21,121 nt of DNA, from the IMG/VR virus record IMGVR_UViG_2690316318_000022. One strand, written 5' to 3'. The notes beneath the pieces are model-generated. The model saw only the letters and a list, made by a program, of their open reading frames with translations, did no database searches and had not been told where the DNA came from. This stretch comes from a virus (lineage: Duplodnaviria; Heunggongvirae; Uroviricota; Caudoviricetes). This document shows positions 1 through 7,917 of the stretch, one piece after another. The stretch's first letter is position 1, and the number at the start of each line of letters is the position of its first letter. The translations under genes were made by a program, and so were the position numbers.

Positions 1-276
1 TTCGAGAATGCCACGATCTTTTGCATCAATTTCCGACGTGATGCGAATGCCTTTGCGGGTCATATCATCCGGGATAGCATCGACTGCTTCGCCGATGATC
101 CAGGATGAACGATAGGACCATTCCACCAGCATGCGGTTACGACTGGTGAAATTAGCCCGGTAGGTGGATGCTGAGTGCTGGTTAGGTGTCTGCATCCCTA
201 CGCGGGCAATAAAATTCTCATAACCATCAGCTGTGGCCTGCGCAGTTCGCCGCAGGGCTTGTTTGTTTCGTGCCAT
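1..276 (-). CDS. Putative portal protein, N-terminal part (gene runs off the left edge)
   Basis: Minus-strand ATG at 274-276 overlaps the terL stop (ATGA), with GGGAGA SD-like upstream. Open frame continues to position 1 ([22 protein letters not shown]...). Assignment rests mainly on position directly downstream of terL; the family was not confirmed. Confidence 0.45.
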   Translation of the reverse strand, partial: MARNKQALRRTAQATADGYENFIARVGMQTPNQHSASTYRANFTSRNRMLVEWSYRSSWIIGEAVDAIPDDMTRKGIRITSEIDAKDRGILE

Positions 277-1898
277 CAGGCCTGTCTCCCTAGCAGCTCC
301 CAGATGTTCAGGACTGAATTCATTGGGGCATAGTTGATCATCACCGAGTCGGCAAGGTTTGGCGATCGGGTTCCATCAGGCTGTTTATCAATAACGATTT
401 TTCCCACACCATTAATGGAATAGGTCGGCTGCGAAAGCTCGATGATGAGTTTATCTTTGAGTGCCATGCTACTGCTGATTGAGATGATTTCGTCCGGGTT
501 GTAAGCCATACCTTCAACCACGGCGCGCCAGGTATTCTGAAAAAGTTTACGTAACCGCCACCAGCTCTGGGCTTTGGCGTTAGCGAAGAAGTCCTTGTTC
601 AGACGTGCGGCTTGCCCGTTGTCCCCGCGAACAGCTTCATCATCCGGATCAAATACCGCGCCACTACCTCGAAACGGTGTGGCAAGTATTGACGGTCGAC
701 GCGCAGCGTTACGCAGTTCGTTGATAGCGCGTGCATCGCCGCGAACGCCAGCGCCCAGCCCGTCCTCGTCAAAGCGAAACTCTTCGAGGTTGTCCTGTTC
801 GCAAAAGCCGAAAACCTTCTCGACGGACTGATAAATGTCGCTGCCCACACCGGACCATTCCCGCACATTTTCCAGGAGGAAGCCATGACGGGTGGAAAAG
901 GCATTTTTGTCCCTGCCTTCGTCGGCGACATCCATCGCGCCAAGTCGTTTGCCTGTTGGCTGGATACCCAGTTTGATATGCGCATCGACGGCAGCCTGTA
1001 CCCATTCGGATGGAATCAGAACGCCTTCCGCTGATGCGCTGTAGTTCAGATCAAGTTCCTGTGCCACCACCACCGGATTATCGATTTTCTCGCATTCCCT
1101 GCGATACCACTCTTCATCCTTGCGAGGATCATCCCGCCAGTGGAATGTGAATACCGGTATCTTCCCGCCATGACGCTTCTGAGCGAACGGGTTAGCCATG
1201 CCGTTAACTGAACTCAGGTCGATACGGCAACGCGTCGTTTGTGACAACGCCGCATCAATCAGCAGAGGACGCTGAAGGAATGCAGCCTCATCAACCAGAT
1301 AAAGCGTGGTACGGTCACCACGACCAATATTATCGCCAGCCTCGCCTTTGATAACGGCACCAGTTTCAGGAAACTCAACACGCATATATGGCGCGTGCTT
1401 CTTCTCGCTCCACGAACCGCGAAACTCTACAGGTAGCGTTTCCACGAACTTGCGTGCCTTCCAGAACAATGCTTTCGGGTCACCGGTGCTGTCGACGTAT
1501 TCCTCTTTACGGGAGCCGAAACCGATAACCATTTCTTTGTTGAAGAGACAAAGCGAGCAGGCCAGTCCGATCGCGGTCCAACTGAGCCCCATTTCACGGG
1601 ATTTTTCGGTAATACCATTCTCCCGATTGCCCCAGCGTTCCATAATCCAGTGGATCCACTCCTCCTGCTTAGGGAAGAGTAAAAACGGAATGGTCACCGG
1701 CAGGCCATAATCAATATTACGCGGGTCCGTTGTCATGCCCCAGTCGATGATGAACTGAGCCGGATTGGTTCGGTAAAACTGCTTCAATACGGGCAATATT
1801 TCAGGATTCTGGCGAATGCGCTGTAGGCGTTCCATCCGCCATTCAAAAACCATCTGGTAATCAGGATGTTTAAAATCGAAGGGGAATGGTAACGGCAT
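276..1898 (-). CDS. terL: Terminase large subunit (TerL)
   Basis: 540 aa ORF from the track. ATPase-like N-terminal region with a Walker B-like LYLVDEAAF, nuclease-type C-terminal region, immediately downstream of the small terminase gene; typical TerL size. Confidence 0.85.
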   Translation of the reverse strand: MPLPFPFDFKHPDYQMVFEWRMERLQRIRQNPEILPVLKQFYRTNPAQFIIDWGMTTDPRNIDYGLPVTIPFLLFPKQEEWIHWIMERWGNRENGITEKSREMGLSWTAIGLACSLCLFNKEMVIGFGSRKEEYVDSTGDPKALFWKARKFVETLPVEFRGSWSEKKHAPYMRVEFPETGAVIKGEAGDNIGRGDRTTLYLVDEAAFLQRPLLIDAALSQTTRCRIDLSSVNGMANPFAQKRHGGKIPVFTFHWRDDPRKDEEWYRRECEKIDNPVVVAQELDLNYSASAEGVLIPSEWVQAAVDAHIKLGIQPTGKRLGAMDVADEGRDKNAFSTRHGFLLENVREWSGVGSDIYQSVEKVFGFCEQDNLEEFRFDEDGLGAGVRGDARAINELRNAARRPSILATPFRGSGAVFDPDDEAVRGDNGQAARLNKDFFANAKAQSWWRLRKLFQNTWRAVVEGMAYNPDEIISISSSMALKDKLIIELSQPTYSINGVGKIVIDKQPDGTRSPNLADSVMINYAPMNSVLNIWELLGRQA

Positions 1899-1900
1899 AC

Positions 1901-2473
1901 TTAGCCCATCATTTTTCTATACGCCTCTGCAGCCTGCTCCGGCGTTAAGTTGGTAATTTCTGTTCTGACGGGTCCTCCATCAGCGCCAGTCACTTCATTT
2001 TTGACGTTGTCTTTAAACGCCTGAACAGAAACATGACGCCCAAGCAACTCAAGGTTTTTAACCTTATCAGGCCACTTAATCTTTTTAAGGATCCCGACCA
2101 TTTCTCTGTCATCTCCTCGCCCCTCAAACATTTCAGCGAGGTTAAATCCACTCAGGTACCGACGCCACGATTCCGGCCACGCAGACAGAGGCTTAATACT
2201 TAAATCGTCCTCCAGGATGTCAGCCACATCGAGCCTGTCGATCTCAACCAGTCGCATCAGCACATAATTCGCATCAATGCCCAGTTGATCAATACGCTCC
2301 TGCTTTAGCTCGTTAATACGGGCGCGTATCTCAGGTTTACCGTATAGTTCAGCCCCCGTAACATGTGCTCGCCTGGAGACGTAGCCTGCGCGAATAGCTG
2401 CTTGTGTAGCATTCAGATCGACAAGAAACTCGCGACAAAACACCTCGTGTTTTGCTTTCAGCTTCTTAGTCAT
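1901..2473 (-). CDS. terS: Terminase small subunit (TerS), HTH-containing
   Basis: 190 aa ORF ending 3 nt before the terL start. N-terminal segment [25 protein letters not shown] resembles the conserved DNA-binding motif of small terminases. Confidence 0.75.
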   Translation of the reverse strand: MTKKLKAKHEVFCREFLVDLNATQAAIRAGYVSRRAHVTGAELYGKPEIRARINELKQERIDQLGIDANYVLMRLVEIDRLDVADILEDDLSIKPLSAWPESWRRYLSGFNLAEMFEGRGDDREMVGILKKIKWPDKVKNLELLGRHVSVQAFKDNVKNEVTGADGGPVRTEITNLTPEQAAEAYRKMMG

Positions 2474-2534
2474 TTTATTTTCCAGTTATCAGGTCATTAT
2501 CGAAGCCCCTCCTGGAAGAGCTTCTGTAATGCTA

Positions 2535-3059
2535 TTACCGGGACTGTTCTATTTGTCGGACACCAGCCAACTGGTTATTCGCCTTCTCGATGGCTGCCAA
2601 CAGTGGGTTAATCCACAGAACAGCCTGGCAATATGTCAACGTTCTGGTGGTAGTGGCACGATCACCGGCTGAGTCAATGTCCCCGGAATCGGCGTGCAAT
2701 GCGCTGGCGCGTAAACGGTTCGCGTAGTTGAGCAACCCGACAGCAATATCAACAGGAACAGGGAAATCACAGTTCTTTTCACGGAGCAGAACCTCACGGT
2801 ATTTGATGACTGTCTTCTCGTGACCGATGTCGACCAGAGAATTTAATCGGCTTGCGTTTTCTGCTATCTGGTTAAAACGATTGAAGTTTAATGCCTGATT
2901 AGCTATCACTTTCCCTTGATATTCAGCTTCACCTTCCGCTTTATCAGCCCGCAACTTTTCTGCCTGATACTTGCTGTGGTAATGGTTTGCAGACCAGACG
3001 AGCGCCCCAAAGGCAGAGAAGAAAAATGCCGCGATGACAATCTTATAAGTCAGCTTCAT
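2535..3059 (-). CDS. Rz: Rz-like i-spanin
   Basis: 174 aa with an N-terminal transmembrane segment (IVIAAFFFSAFGALVW) and a long charged, helical periplasmic region. Overlaps the 3' end of the endolysin gene by 17 nt and is last in the lysis cassette. Confidence 0.75.
   Translation of the reverse strand: MKLTYKIVIAAFFFSAFGALVWSANHYHSKYQAEKLRADKAEGEAEYQGKVIANQALNFNRFNQIAENASRLNSLVDIGHEKTVIKYREVLLREKNCDFPVPVDIAVGLLNYANRLRASALHADSGDIDSAGDRATTTRTLTYCQAVLWINPLLAAIEKANNQLAGVRQIEQSR
2636..2782 (-). CDS. Rz1: Rz1-like o-spanin (outer-membrane lipoprotein) embedded in the +1 frame of Rz
   Basis: Hand translation of the minus strand gives (M/GTG)KRTVISLFLLILLSGCSTTRTVYAPAHCTPIPGTLTQPVIVPLPPER-stop: basic N-terminus, hydrophobic core, lipobox LSGC and a Pro-rich mature peptide, wholly inside Rz. 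No in-frame ATG; GTG start assumed. Confidence 0.55.
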   Translation of the reverse strand: MKRTVISLFLLILLSGCSTTRTVYAPAHCTPIPGTLTQPVIVPLPPER

Positions 3060-3519
3060 TTACCACCCCACCAGCATCTTTAAACCTGGAAATCAGGTCA
3101 CCGATTTTATGTTCATACTGACCGTAACCTGCACCAGGTAACGACGCCCAGATATTGCTGCAACGGTCGATTGCCTGACGAATATCGCCACGGTCAATCA
3201 TCGGTAAAGCGCCACGCTCTTTAATCTGCTGCAGCGCCACAGCGTCCTGACTTTCTGGCGAAAAATCTTTCAGGCCAAGCTGCTTGCGGTAGGCATCCCA
3301 CCAGCGTGAAAGAAGCTGATACCGGCCTGCGGCTGTTGATTTAAGCTTCGGGTTTAGCGTGACAAGTTTGCGAGGGTGATCGGAGTAATCAGTGAACAAC
3401 TCACCTCCGACGATAACGTCATAACCGTGATTACGTGTCGGTTGTCGCCCGTTATCCGTTCCTTCTGACCATGCCACCATATCCAGGAAAGCTTTGCGTT
3501 GGGAATTTAGTGTCTGCAT
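3043..3519 (-). CDS. R: Endolysin, lambda R-like lytic transglycosylase
   Basis: 158 aa. Long identical runs to phage lambda R as I recall it (QRKAFLDM.AWSEGTDNGRQ.TRNHGYDVIVGGELFTDYSDHPRKLVTLNPKLKST.AGRYQLLSRWWDAYRKQLGLKDFSP.SQDAVALQQIKERGALPMIDRGDIRQAIDRCSNIWASLPGAGYGQ) and the same length. Confidence 0.9.
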   Translation of the reverse strand: MQTLNSQRKAFLDMVAWSEGTDNGRQPTRNHGYDVIVGGELFTDYSDHPRKLVTLNPKLKSTAAGRYQLLSRWWDAYRKQLGLKDFSPESQDAVALQQIKERGALPMIDRGDIRQAIDRCSNIWASLPGAGYGQYEHKIGDLISRFKDAGGVVNEADL

Positions 3520-3522
3520 GAA

Positions 3523-3864
3523 TTACTCCTTAGAGCCACCAAACTTGTTACCGATTACTCGCATTGCAGCCCCACGAATAGCATCGACACCGATCAGCCC
3601 AACACCACCACCAATGGCAACAGAAAGAGATTTAGGCCATCCAACATACTCAAGAGCGGATGCAAAGGTCAGCGTCAGAGCACCACAGAGCAAAATCTCA
3701 AGCGTTTTTCGTTTCCAGCCGCCGCCACCGCCAAAATAGGCAATGCGCAAGCCAGCCATAACAATTGACATAACCACTGCGCCCAACGGCGTATCTCCAC
3801 GCCACCAACTTTGTAAGAGTTCCAGTAAGTCAGGCCAGGAATGAGGAGCATTGTGCATTTTCAT
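3523..3864 (-). CDS. Holin, three predicted TMDs, probable dual-start (MKM) motif; the track ORF extends to 3882
   Basis: Three hydrophobic segments (LGAVVMSIVMAGLRIAYFG, LEILLCGALTLTFASALEYVGW, LSVAIGGGVGLIGVDAI) and a charged C-terminus, directly upstream of the endolysin. A strong SD GGAGGTGGGA lies 7 nt before the ATG at 3864, and a second in-frame Met follows two codons later. Confidence 0.7.
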   Translation of the reverse strand: MKMHNAPHSWPDLLELLQSWWRGDTPLGAVVMSIVMAGLRIAYFGGGGGWKRKTLEILLCGALTLTFASALEYVGWPKSLSVAIGGGVGLIGVDAIRGAAMRVIGNKFGGSKE

Positions 3865-3965
3865 ACTTCCCACCTCCGCCATTACGGGGTGTTGTTGAAA
3901 GGCGGGCCCTGCGTATACGCCCGTAGGATTGGGTTATGAGCCGTCCTTCGGTGGGCCCTGAATAC

Positions 3966-3988
3966 AAAAAAAGTTCGCCATAGCGAAC
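3966..3988 (-). terminator. Rho-independent terminator on the minus strand, upstream of the holin
   Basis: Minus-strand RNA would read GUUCGC-UAUG-GCGAAC followed by UUUUUUU (plus-strand A-run 3966-3972, stem 3973-3978 and 3983-3988). Confidence 0.6.
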
Positions 3989-4218
3989 CTTGTTAAATTT
4001 GTTAAAAAAGGAAGTTATTTAACATAATGTACGTTATAGGAACCACACGATCCCCGCTCGCAATAGATTTGCGATGAAAGGCCTATTTAATCAACTTAAG
4101 TGGTCCAGAATGACGAAATTCGAGTGAATAAAAGGTGCATAAAAAAGGGCAAAAACTGCATAGCGTTTTTTCGCGACGAAAACCCTGTTTTATTAACTTT
4201 TACTGAGAATAGAGCATT

Positions 4219-4242
4219 AAAAAAGGCCCCCTTGCGGGAGCC
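4219..4242 (-). terminator. Rho-independent terminator on the minus strand (tR'-like, late-promoter proximal)
   Basis: Minus-strand GGCUCCC-GCAA-GGGGGCC (7-bp GC-rich stem, one mismatch) followed by UUUUUU. Lies downstream of Q and the following ORF, upstream of the lysis genes. Confidence 0.6.
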
Positions 4243-4309
4243 TCTTCGTGATGAACTGTTTTCAACAGATATCAGGCTAATCGGCTTTTTGGAATTCCAC
4301 AACTATTTT

Positions 4310-4651
4310 TTATCTTACCTTGATGCCTGATGCCGTCAGATGTTTACGACAGTCCTGAATACCTTCGTTATAACCCGCATCGTAGAAGCTATCCGGCTTT
4401 GCCTTCAGCGCAGGAAGCGTAACGCTGGTAGCTCTTCGTTCGGCCAGAACACCTGCCTGAAAGAGTGTCCACATCAACTGAACTGCTGAATCACAGTAAG
4501 TAACATCTTCACTGTACAATTCTCGTTCAATCCTGATGCCAAGTTGAGCCTTCATTGATGCGCCAATATTACCTTTGACCTGCAACGACAGGTCTGGGTA
4601 CCTCTGTTCCATGAAGCTTTCAAATCTGTTGCGAACGCTGATCAGAGCCAT
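4310..4651 (-). CDS. Hypothetical protein (113 aa) between Q and the late terminators
   Basis: ORF with AGGGA SD-like 6 nt upstream of the ATG, 31 nt after the Q stop. No recognisable motifs. Confidence 0.5.
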   Translation of the reverse strand: MALISVRNRFESFMEQRYPDLSLQVKGNIGASMKAQLGIRIERELYSEDVTYCDSAVQLMWTLFQAGVLAERRATSVTLPALKAKPDSFYDAGYNEGIQDCRKHLTASGIKVR

Positions 4652-4682
4652 CTGGTTCCCTTACGTGATTGATTGCTGGATA

Positions 4683-5105
4683 TTATGCCGCCGAGCAGCT
4701 CCTACGCAAAGTCCTGATAGCCTGAGGCTTTGACTGAACCGACTGATCCATTTCGAGCACCACATCCAGCATGGCTAAGCAACCGTCAATAAATCCCTCT
4801 GCCGCCTGAAGCCTCTTCAGAACGTGGGTGTGAGATACGCCGAGCTTCTCACCCATCGCCCTCACGGGCATGGCCTGGACGTAATGCCACTCAAGGAGCG
4901 TGCACAGATACGGATCTTTTTTCTTCAGGCAGCTCATAGCGGAGTTGATGATAAGACCGTCATTGTCACTGCATTTCAGCCTTCCAGACTGCGTCGCGGG
5001 TAGCAGATTCTTAAACCCGGCTGCAACAGGAGGAAAGTAGACGCTACCACCTTCACTCGCTGCCCAGCCACCCCAGCGCTCTAAAACCTGTTGAATATTA
5101 CGCAT
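4683..5105 (-). CDS. Q: Late-gene antitermination protein Q (phage 82-type Q family)
   Basis: 140 aa. N-terminus MRNIQQVLERWGGWAA and the central DLL..Y....M.....G.KLG. pattern match the Q antiterminators of 82-like lambdoid prophages as I recall them. Position between the replication and lysis modules is canonical. Confidence 0.8.
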   Translation of the reverse strand: MRNIQQVLERWGGWAASEGGSVYFPPVAAGFKNLLPATQSGRLKCSDNDGLIINSAMSCLKKKDPYLCTLLEWHYVQAMPVRAMGEKLGVSHTHVLKRLQAAEGFIDGCLAMLDVVLEMDQSVQSKPQAIRTLRRSCSAA

Positions 5106-5169
5106 AGCTCTGACCTCTACGTTTTGCTACGAAAAAATTTTCTGAGAACTACGTCTGTATATCCGTGGG

Positions 5170-5425
5170 TGTGGATAACGCAGTTCCGATTCGCATATTG
5201 CATGTATCAACATGCAAAAAGTTGCTAATGCGGAGTGGAACCACCTGCCCCCACCTGGAACCACCTTTTCCTAACCTTTCCCTCAATCGACTTATATATA
5301 TATATGGGGTTTCTAGTAGAAAGGCGGTTCCAGTGGTTCCAGTGGTTCCGCCCCGCTTGCCACAAGGTCTGCAAGGTGGAACCTCCTTCTCTTTTAGGTG
5401 GTTCCGCGTGGTTCCAGCGGTTCCC
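5170..5425. promoter_or_regulatory. Putative origin of replication: DnaA box, 20-bp palindrome, iterons in both orientations, (TA)6 unwinding element
   Basis: Seen directly: TGTGGATAA (reverse complement of the TTATCCACA DnaA box) at 5170-5178; perfect palindrome TTGCATGT-ATCA-ACATGCAA at 5198-5217; TGGAACC at 5236 and 5256; alternating TA run at 5294-5305; GGTTCC at 5326, 5335 and 5344 (9-bp spacing), GGAACC at 5378, GGTTCC at 5400, 5410 and 5419. Sits at the 3' end of the primase-helicase gene. Confidence 0.65.
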
Positions 5426-7580
5426 AAACCTTGCATTTTTTCCCCCCAATTCGCCTTTGGGCACGCTTATACCCGCAATTTTGCAAAACATTACTAATTC
5501 GCATTTCTTCGCGTTTTCCGATGCGGTCAGGATTTAGCCCAATCGCATCACGCAAAACATCACTTGCGCGTAAAAATTCGCAATTTCGCGGAAGTTCATT
5601 AGTCATCAGGTCTGGCGTGTCGAGCCATTTCTCTACCGTTTCAAGCCAAGCATCCTTGATGGTGTACTGTTCATGGACACTCGCTGCCAGTTGTTCAGCC
5701 TCACGGAACTGGATACCCCCCAGACGCTGAAACACCTCACGAGCCTCAGCCCAAAGTAAAAGGAGATCTCTTTTTATCGCTTTCACGTCGACTTTCGACA
5801 CTTCCACGGGGAGCCAGCGACGGTTACCAGTCTTGTCCGCAAGGAATTCGTCCTCATTGGTGGTACCAACGAACACCAGGCGACGAGGAAACTGGGTGGC
5901 GAACTCCCGGTATTTCGGGATCCAGTTTTCGTGAGTACGCGTCACAAACGCTTTGATTGACTCCAGCTCTTTGGTATTAAGTCCGCGCAGTTCACCAATC
6001 TCTGCCACCAGCCGACCACGCATTTTTCGAGCGAGATCATCGTCTTTTTCGGCAAAAGAGATTTCAGTAAAAAACGCAGGATCAGGGCTCAGTGCCTCCA
6101 CTCCGGAAGACTTACCGCAGCCCTGCGGACCAACGAGGATCGGCACCATATCCGCTTTGATGCCTGGCTCCAGTACTCGCCCCGCCAACGCGGTCCACAT
6201 GTACATAGACACCGCACGGGTATAAGGCGTGTCGGCGGTACCGAAGTGCGTATGGTAGAAACATTCGATGCGCGGCACGCCATCCCACTCCAGTCCGTTC
6301 AGCCAGGTGATCGCTGAATCGAATGGTTGTTCATCGGCTGCAAGTAACACCACATCGCGAATAAGTTCACGACCAACAGGTTTAAATCCCCGCTTTTCCA
6401 TCGTGATGCGCAGGCGCGCATAATCCGCATCGGTGAAAGCCTGCCACTGGCCGGAGCCTGCCTGGGCGAACATGATTTCGTCACGGAACTGGTCAAAGCG
6501 AATATCGATGTCCACGAAGTCAGGACGCACAACGGCTTTTGCCGCGTTGCTGATGGTGGCCTCGATGCGGCCCCATTTGTCGCGCTCGAACGCCGGCAGC
6601 GGTAACGGCTCGGCCACTTCGGTGCTGGTCAGGTCTTCGAAATCGTCGTTGCGGATCCCGATGGCATTAAGGAAATCGCCGTCGTCGCGGTGCGCGCAGC
6701 TGGCGTGCAGGCACTTAAAATGCCCCTGCTCAAAGCCCGCGGTACCACCCGGGAAGTAAACTGTGCTGGTCGGGTCACCGCCAGTGCTGTGACCGTCTTC
6801 AAACGGGCAGCGGATGTAACGCTCTCCGTTCGCTCCGTCACGTAATGTCCAGCCGTTAGCATCCAGATAATCCGCTGTTTCATCCGTGGCGCCAGGCGTG
6901 AACGTTGAGCGATCGCGCATCTTAGTGCTACCAGCTTCAATGGTTACCGACACAGGGAGTTGTTCAGCCAGGCGCTGCCACAGCGTTTCAAGCTGCTCAC
7001 CAGTAATAGCCGGAGGTTCATCCGGCAAACCGCCGTCCCATTCAATACGCGCGCCGCTGCTGTGCGTACCACAGGCAACGAACTGCTGCCCGTTCGCCAG
7101 CAACTCGATAATGCCCATATCCCCCGCCAGGCGATGGATACGCTTACGGAAATCGCCATCAACAGCCAGCAGGTACAGGCATTTGTTACTGTTGGCGCGC
7201 CAGCGACGCGGTGGCAGCTCGCCAAGCAACTGCACCAGCGTTTTGCGAATATCGGCTTGGATGTCTTCGTCTTCGCTGTCACAGTCCAGCGCCAGCCAGC
7301 CATGGCCTGTACGCACGCAGATCCCATAGTCCGGTTCGTTCGACCAGCGGGCAAAATCATGCTCAGTTACGACGTGCCCAGTCCAGTCGTTAATTCCGGT
7401 AGCCAGACGGTTGCGGTTATACAGGCTCGGCGTTTTGCCAAGCACTTTGAGTTTGCTGTTCGGTGAAATAATCGCGCCCGGATTGCACACGACCGGTAGC
7501 AGCTGGTCCGTACGACCCAGCACCAGGTCGAAGTGGAACCATTCGTCAGGCGTCGCCCCCCACGGTTTGCTATCAGACAT
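5394..7580 (-). CDS. Replication initiator: AEP-type primase/polymerase N-terminal domain fused to an SF3 (D5/P4 alpha-like) helicase
   Basis: 728 aa. Acidic DxD-type motif LALDCDSEDED in the N-terminal region; Cys/His cluster CPFEDGH...HFKCLHASCAH; Walker A VGPQGCGKSS and a Walker B-like acidic stretch in the C-terminal half. Translationally coupled to cro and followed by the iteron array. Confidence 0.8.
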   Translation of the reverse strand: MSDSKPWGATPDEWFHFDLVLGRTDQLLPVVCNPGAIISPNSKLKVLGKTPSLYNRNRLATGINDWTGHVVTEHDFARWSNEPDYGICVRTGHGWLALDCDSEDEDIQADIRKTLVQLLGELPPRRWRANSNKCLYLLAVDGDFRKRIHRLAGDMGIIELLANGQQFVACGTHSSGARIEWDGGLPDEPPAITGEQLETLWQRLAEQLPVSVTIEAGSTKMRDRSTFTPGATDETADYLDANGWTLRDGANGERYIRCPFEDGHSTGGDPTSTVYFPGGTAGFEQGHFKCLHASCAHRDDGDFLNAIGIRNDDFEDLTSTEVAEPLPLPAFERDKWGRIEATISNAAKAVVRPDFVDIDIRFDQFRDEIMFAQAGSGQWQAFTDADYARLRITMEKRGFKPVGRELIRDVVLLAADEQPFDSAITWLNGLEWDGVPRIECFYHTHFGTADTPYTRAVSMYMWTALAGRVLEPGIKADMVPILVGPQGCGKSSGVEALSPDPAFFTEISFAEKDDDLARKMRGRLVAEIGELRGLNTKELESIKAFVTRTHENWIPKYREFATQFPRRLVFVGTTNEDEFLADKTGNRRWLPVEVSKVDVKAIKRDLLLLWAEAREVFQRLGGIQFREAEQLAASVHEQYTIKDAWLETVEKWLDTPDLMTNELPRNCEFLRASDVLRDAIGLNPDRIGKREEMRISNVLQNCGYKRAQRRIGGKKCKVWEPLEPRGTT

Positions 7581-7583
7581 GGG

Positions 7584-7808
7584 TTACACCTTTTGCTGCT
7601 CTGAATTTTCGCCGTTTAATAGCCAGTCAGGATCACATTTAAGAACTTTTGCCAATTCAAGAATGAAGCCAGTACGAGTGGCACGACCGGATTCAAGGTA
7701 CTGAACAGACTGCTGGCGCATACCAACCCTTTCCGCCAATGAAGTTTGGGTTATGCCTAAGGCTTTGCGGCGCTCCTTTATACGTGAAGCAAGAGTGGAA
7801 CCGGACAT
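7584..7808 (-). CDS. cro: Cro-like HTH (XRE family) regulator
   Basis: Small HTH protein (LGITQTSLAERVGMRQQSVQYLESG), first gene of the operon divergent from cI. ATG at 7808 has a GAGGAAG SD; the track ORF starts at an upstream GTG (7823) that I consider less likely. Confidence 0.75.
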   Translation of the reverse strand: MSGSTLASRIKERRKALGITQTSLAERVGMRQQSVQYLESGRATRTGFILELAKVLKCDPDWLLNGENSEQQKV

Positions 7809-7828
7809 AAATAACTTCCTCACATGTT

Positions 7829-7895
7829 TACAGGTTTACTTGTAATTAACCCACAGGCACTCTTGTTTGTCAAATACAGATAGCTCTGTAATTAT
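7829..7895. promoter_or_regulatory. Rightward operator (OR)-like region with divergent promoters for cro (minus) and cI (plus)
   Basis: Two 16-bp sites of form TACAnn-N4-nnTGTA: TACAGGTTTACTTGTA (7829-7844) and TACAGATAGCTCTGTA (7875-7890). Minus-strand -35 TTGACA (7868-7873) with a -10-like GTTAAT; plus-strand -35 TTGTCA (7867-7872) with a -10-like AATTAT (7890-7895). Confidence 0.6.
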
Positions 7896-7917
7896 CAATG
7901 ACAGAAAAGGAGTCGAT

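Noticed and set aside
574-1710. Antisense and alternate-frame ORFs inside terL (85, 128, 81, 78, 134 and 63 aa)
   Set aside because: Fully nested in a well-supported 540-aa gene; Arg/Pro/Ser-rich translations typical of out-of-frame reading of GC-rich coding sequence.
3883-4310. tRNA genes in the Q-to-lysis intergenic region, as carried by some lambdoid prophages
   Set aside because: No T-loop-like GGTTCGAATCC/GTTCRANYC motif or cloverleaf-compatible arrangement seen by eye on either strand; a tRNA scan would settle this.
4096-4330. 68-aa and 76-aa ORFs in the Q-to-holin intergenic region
   Set aside because: They overlap each other on opposite strands and span the predicted minus-strand terminator; AT-rich, no convincing SD.
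5198-5217. The 20-bp palindrome near the origin as an intrinsic terminator
   Set aside because: No U-tract follows the stem on either strand (A-run after it on plus, T-run before it on minus); more likely a protein-binding site.
5149-5537. Four track ORFs (95, 110, 88 and 100 aa) on both strands over the iteron region
   Set aside because: They run through tandem repeats and a TA tract, overlap one another and the 3' end of the primase-helicase gene, and have low-complexity translations. The region is better explained as an origin.
5953-7466. Multiple ORFs nested within or antisense to the primase-helicase gene
   Set aside because: Nested in a 728-aa gene with clear motifs; compositionally biased translations.
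7809-7823. Track start of cro at GTG 7823
   Set aside because: The in-frame ATG at 7808 has a well-spaced GAGGAAG SD; the GTG extension would place the start inside the operator and -10 region.
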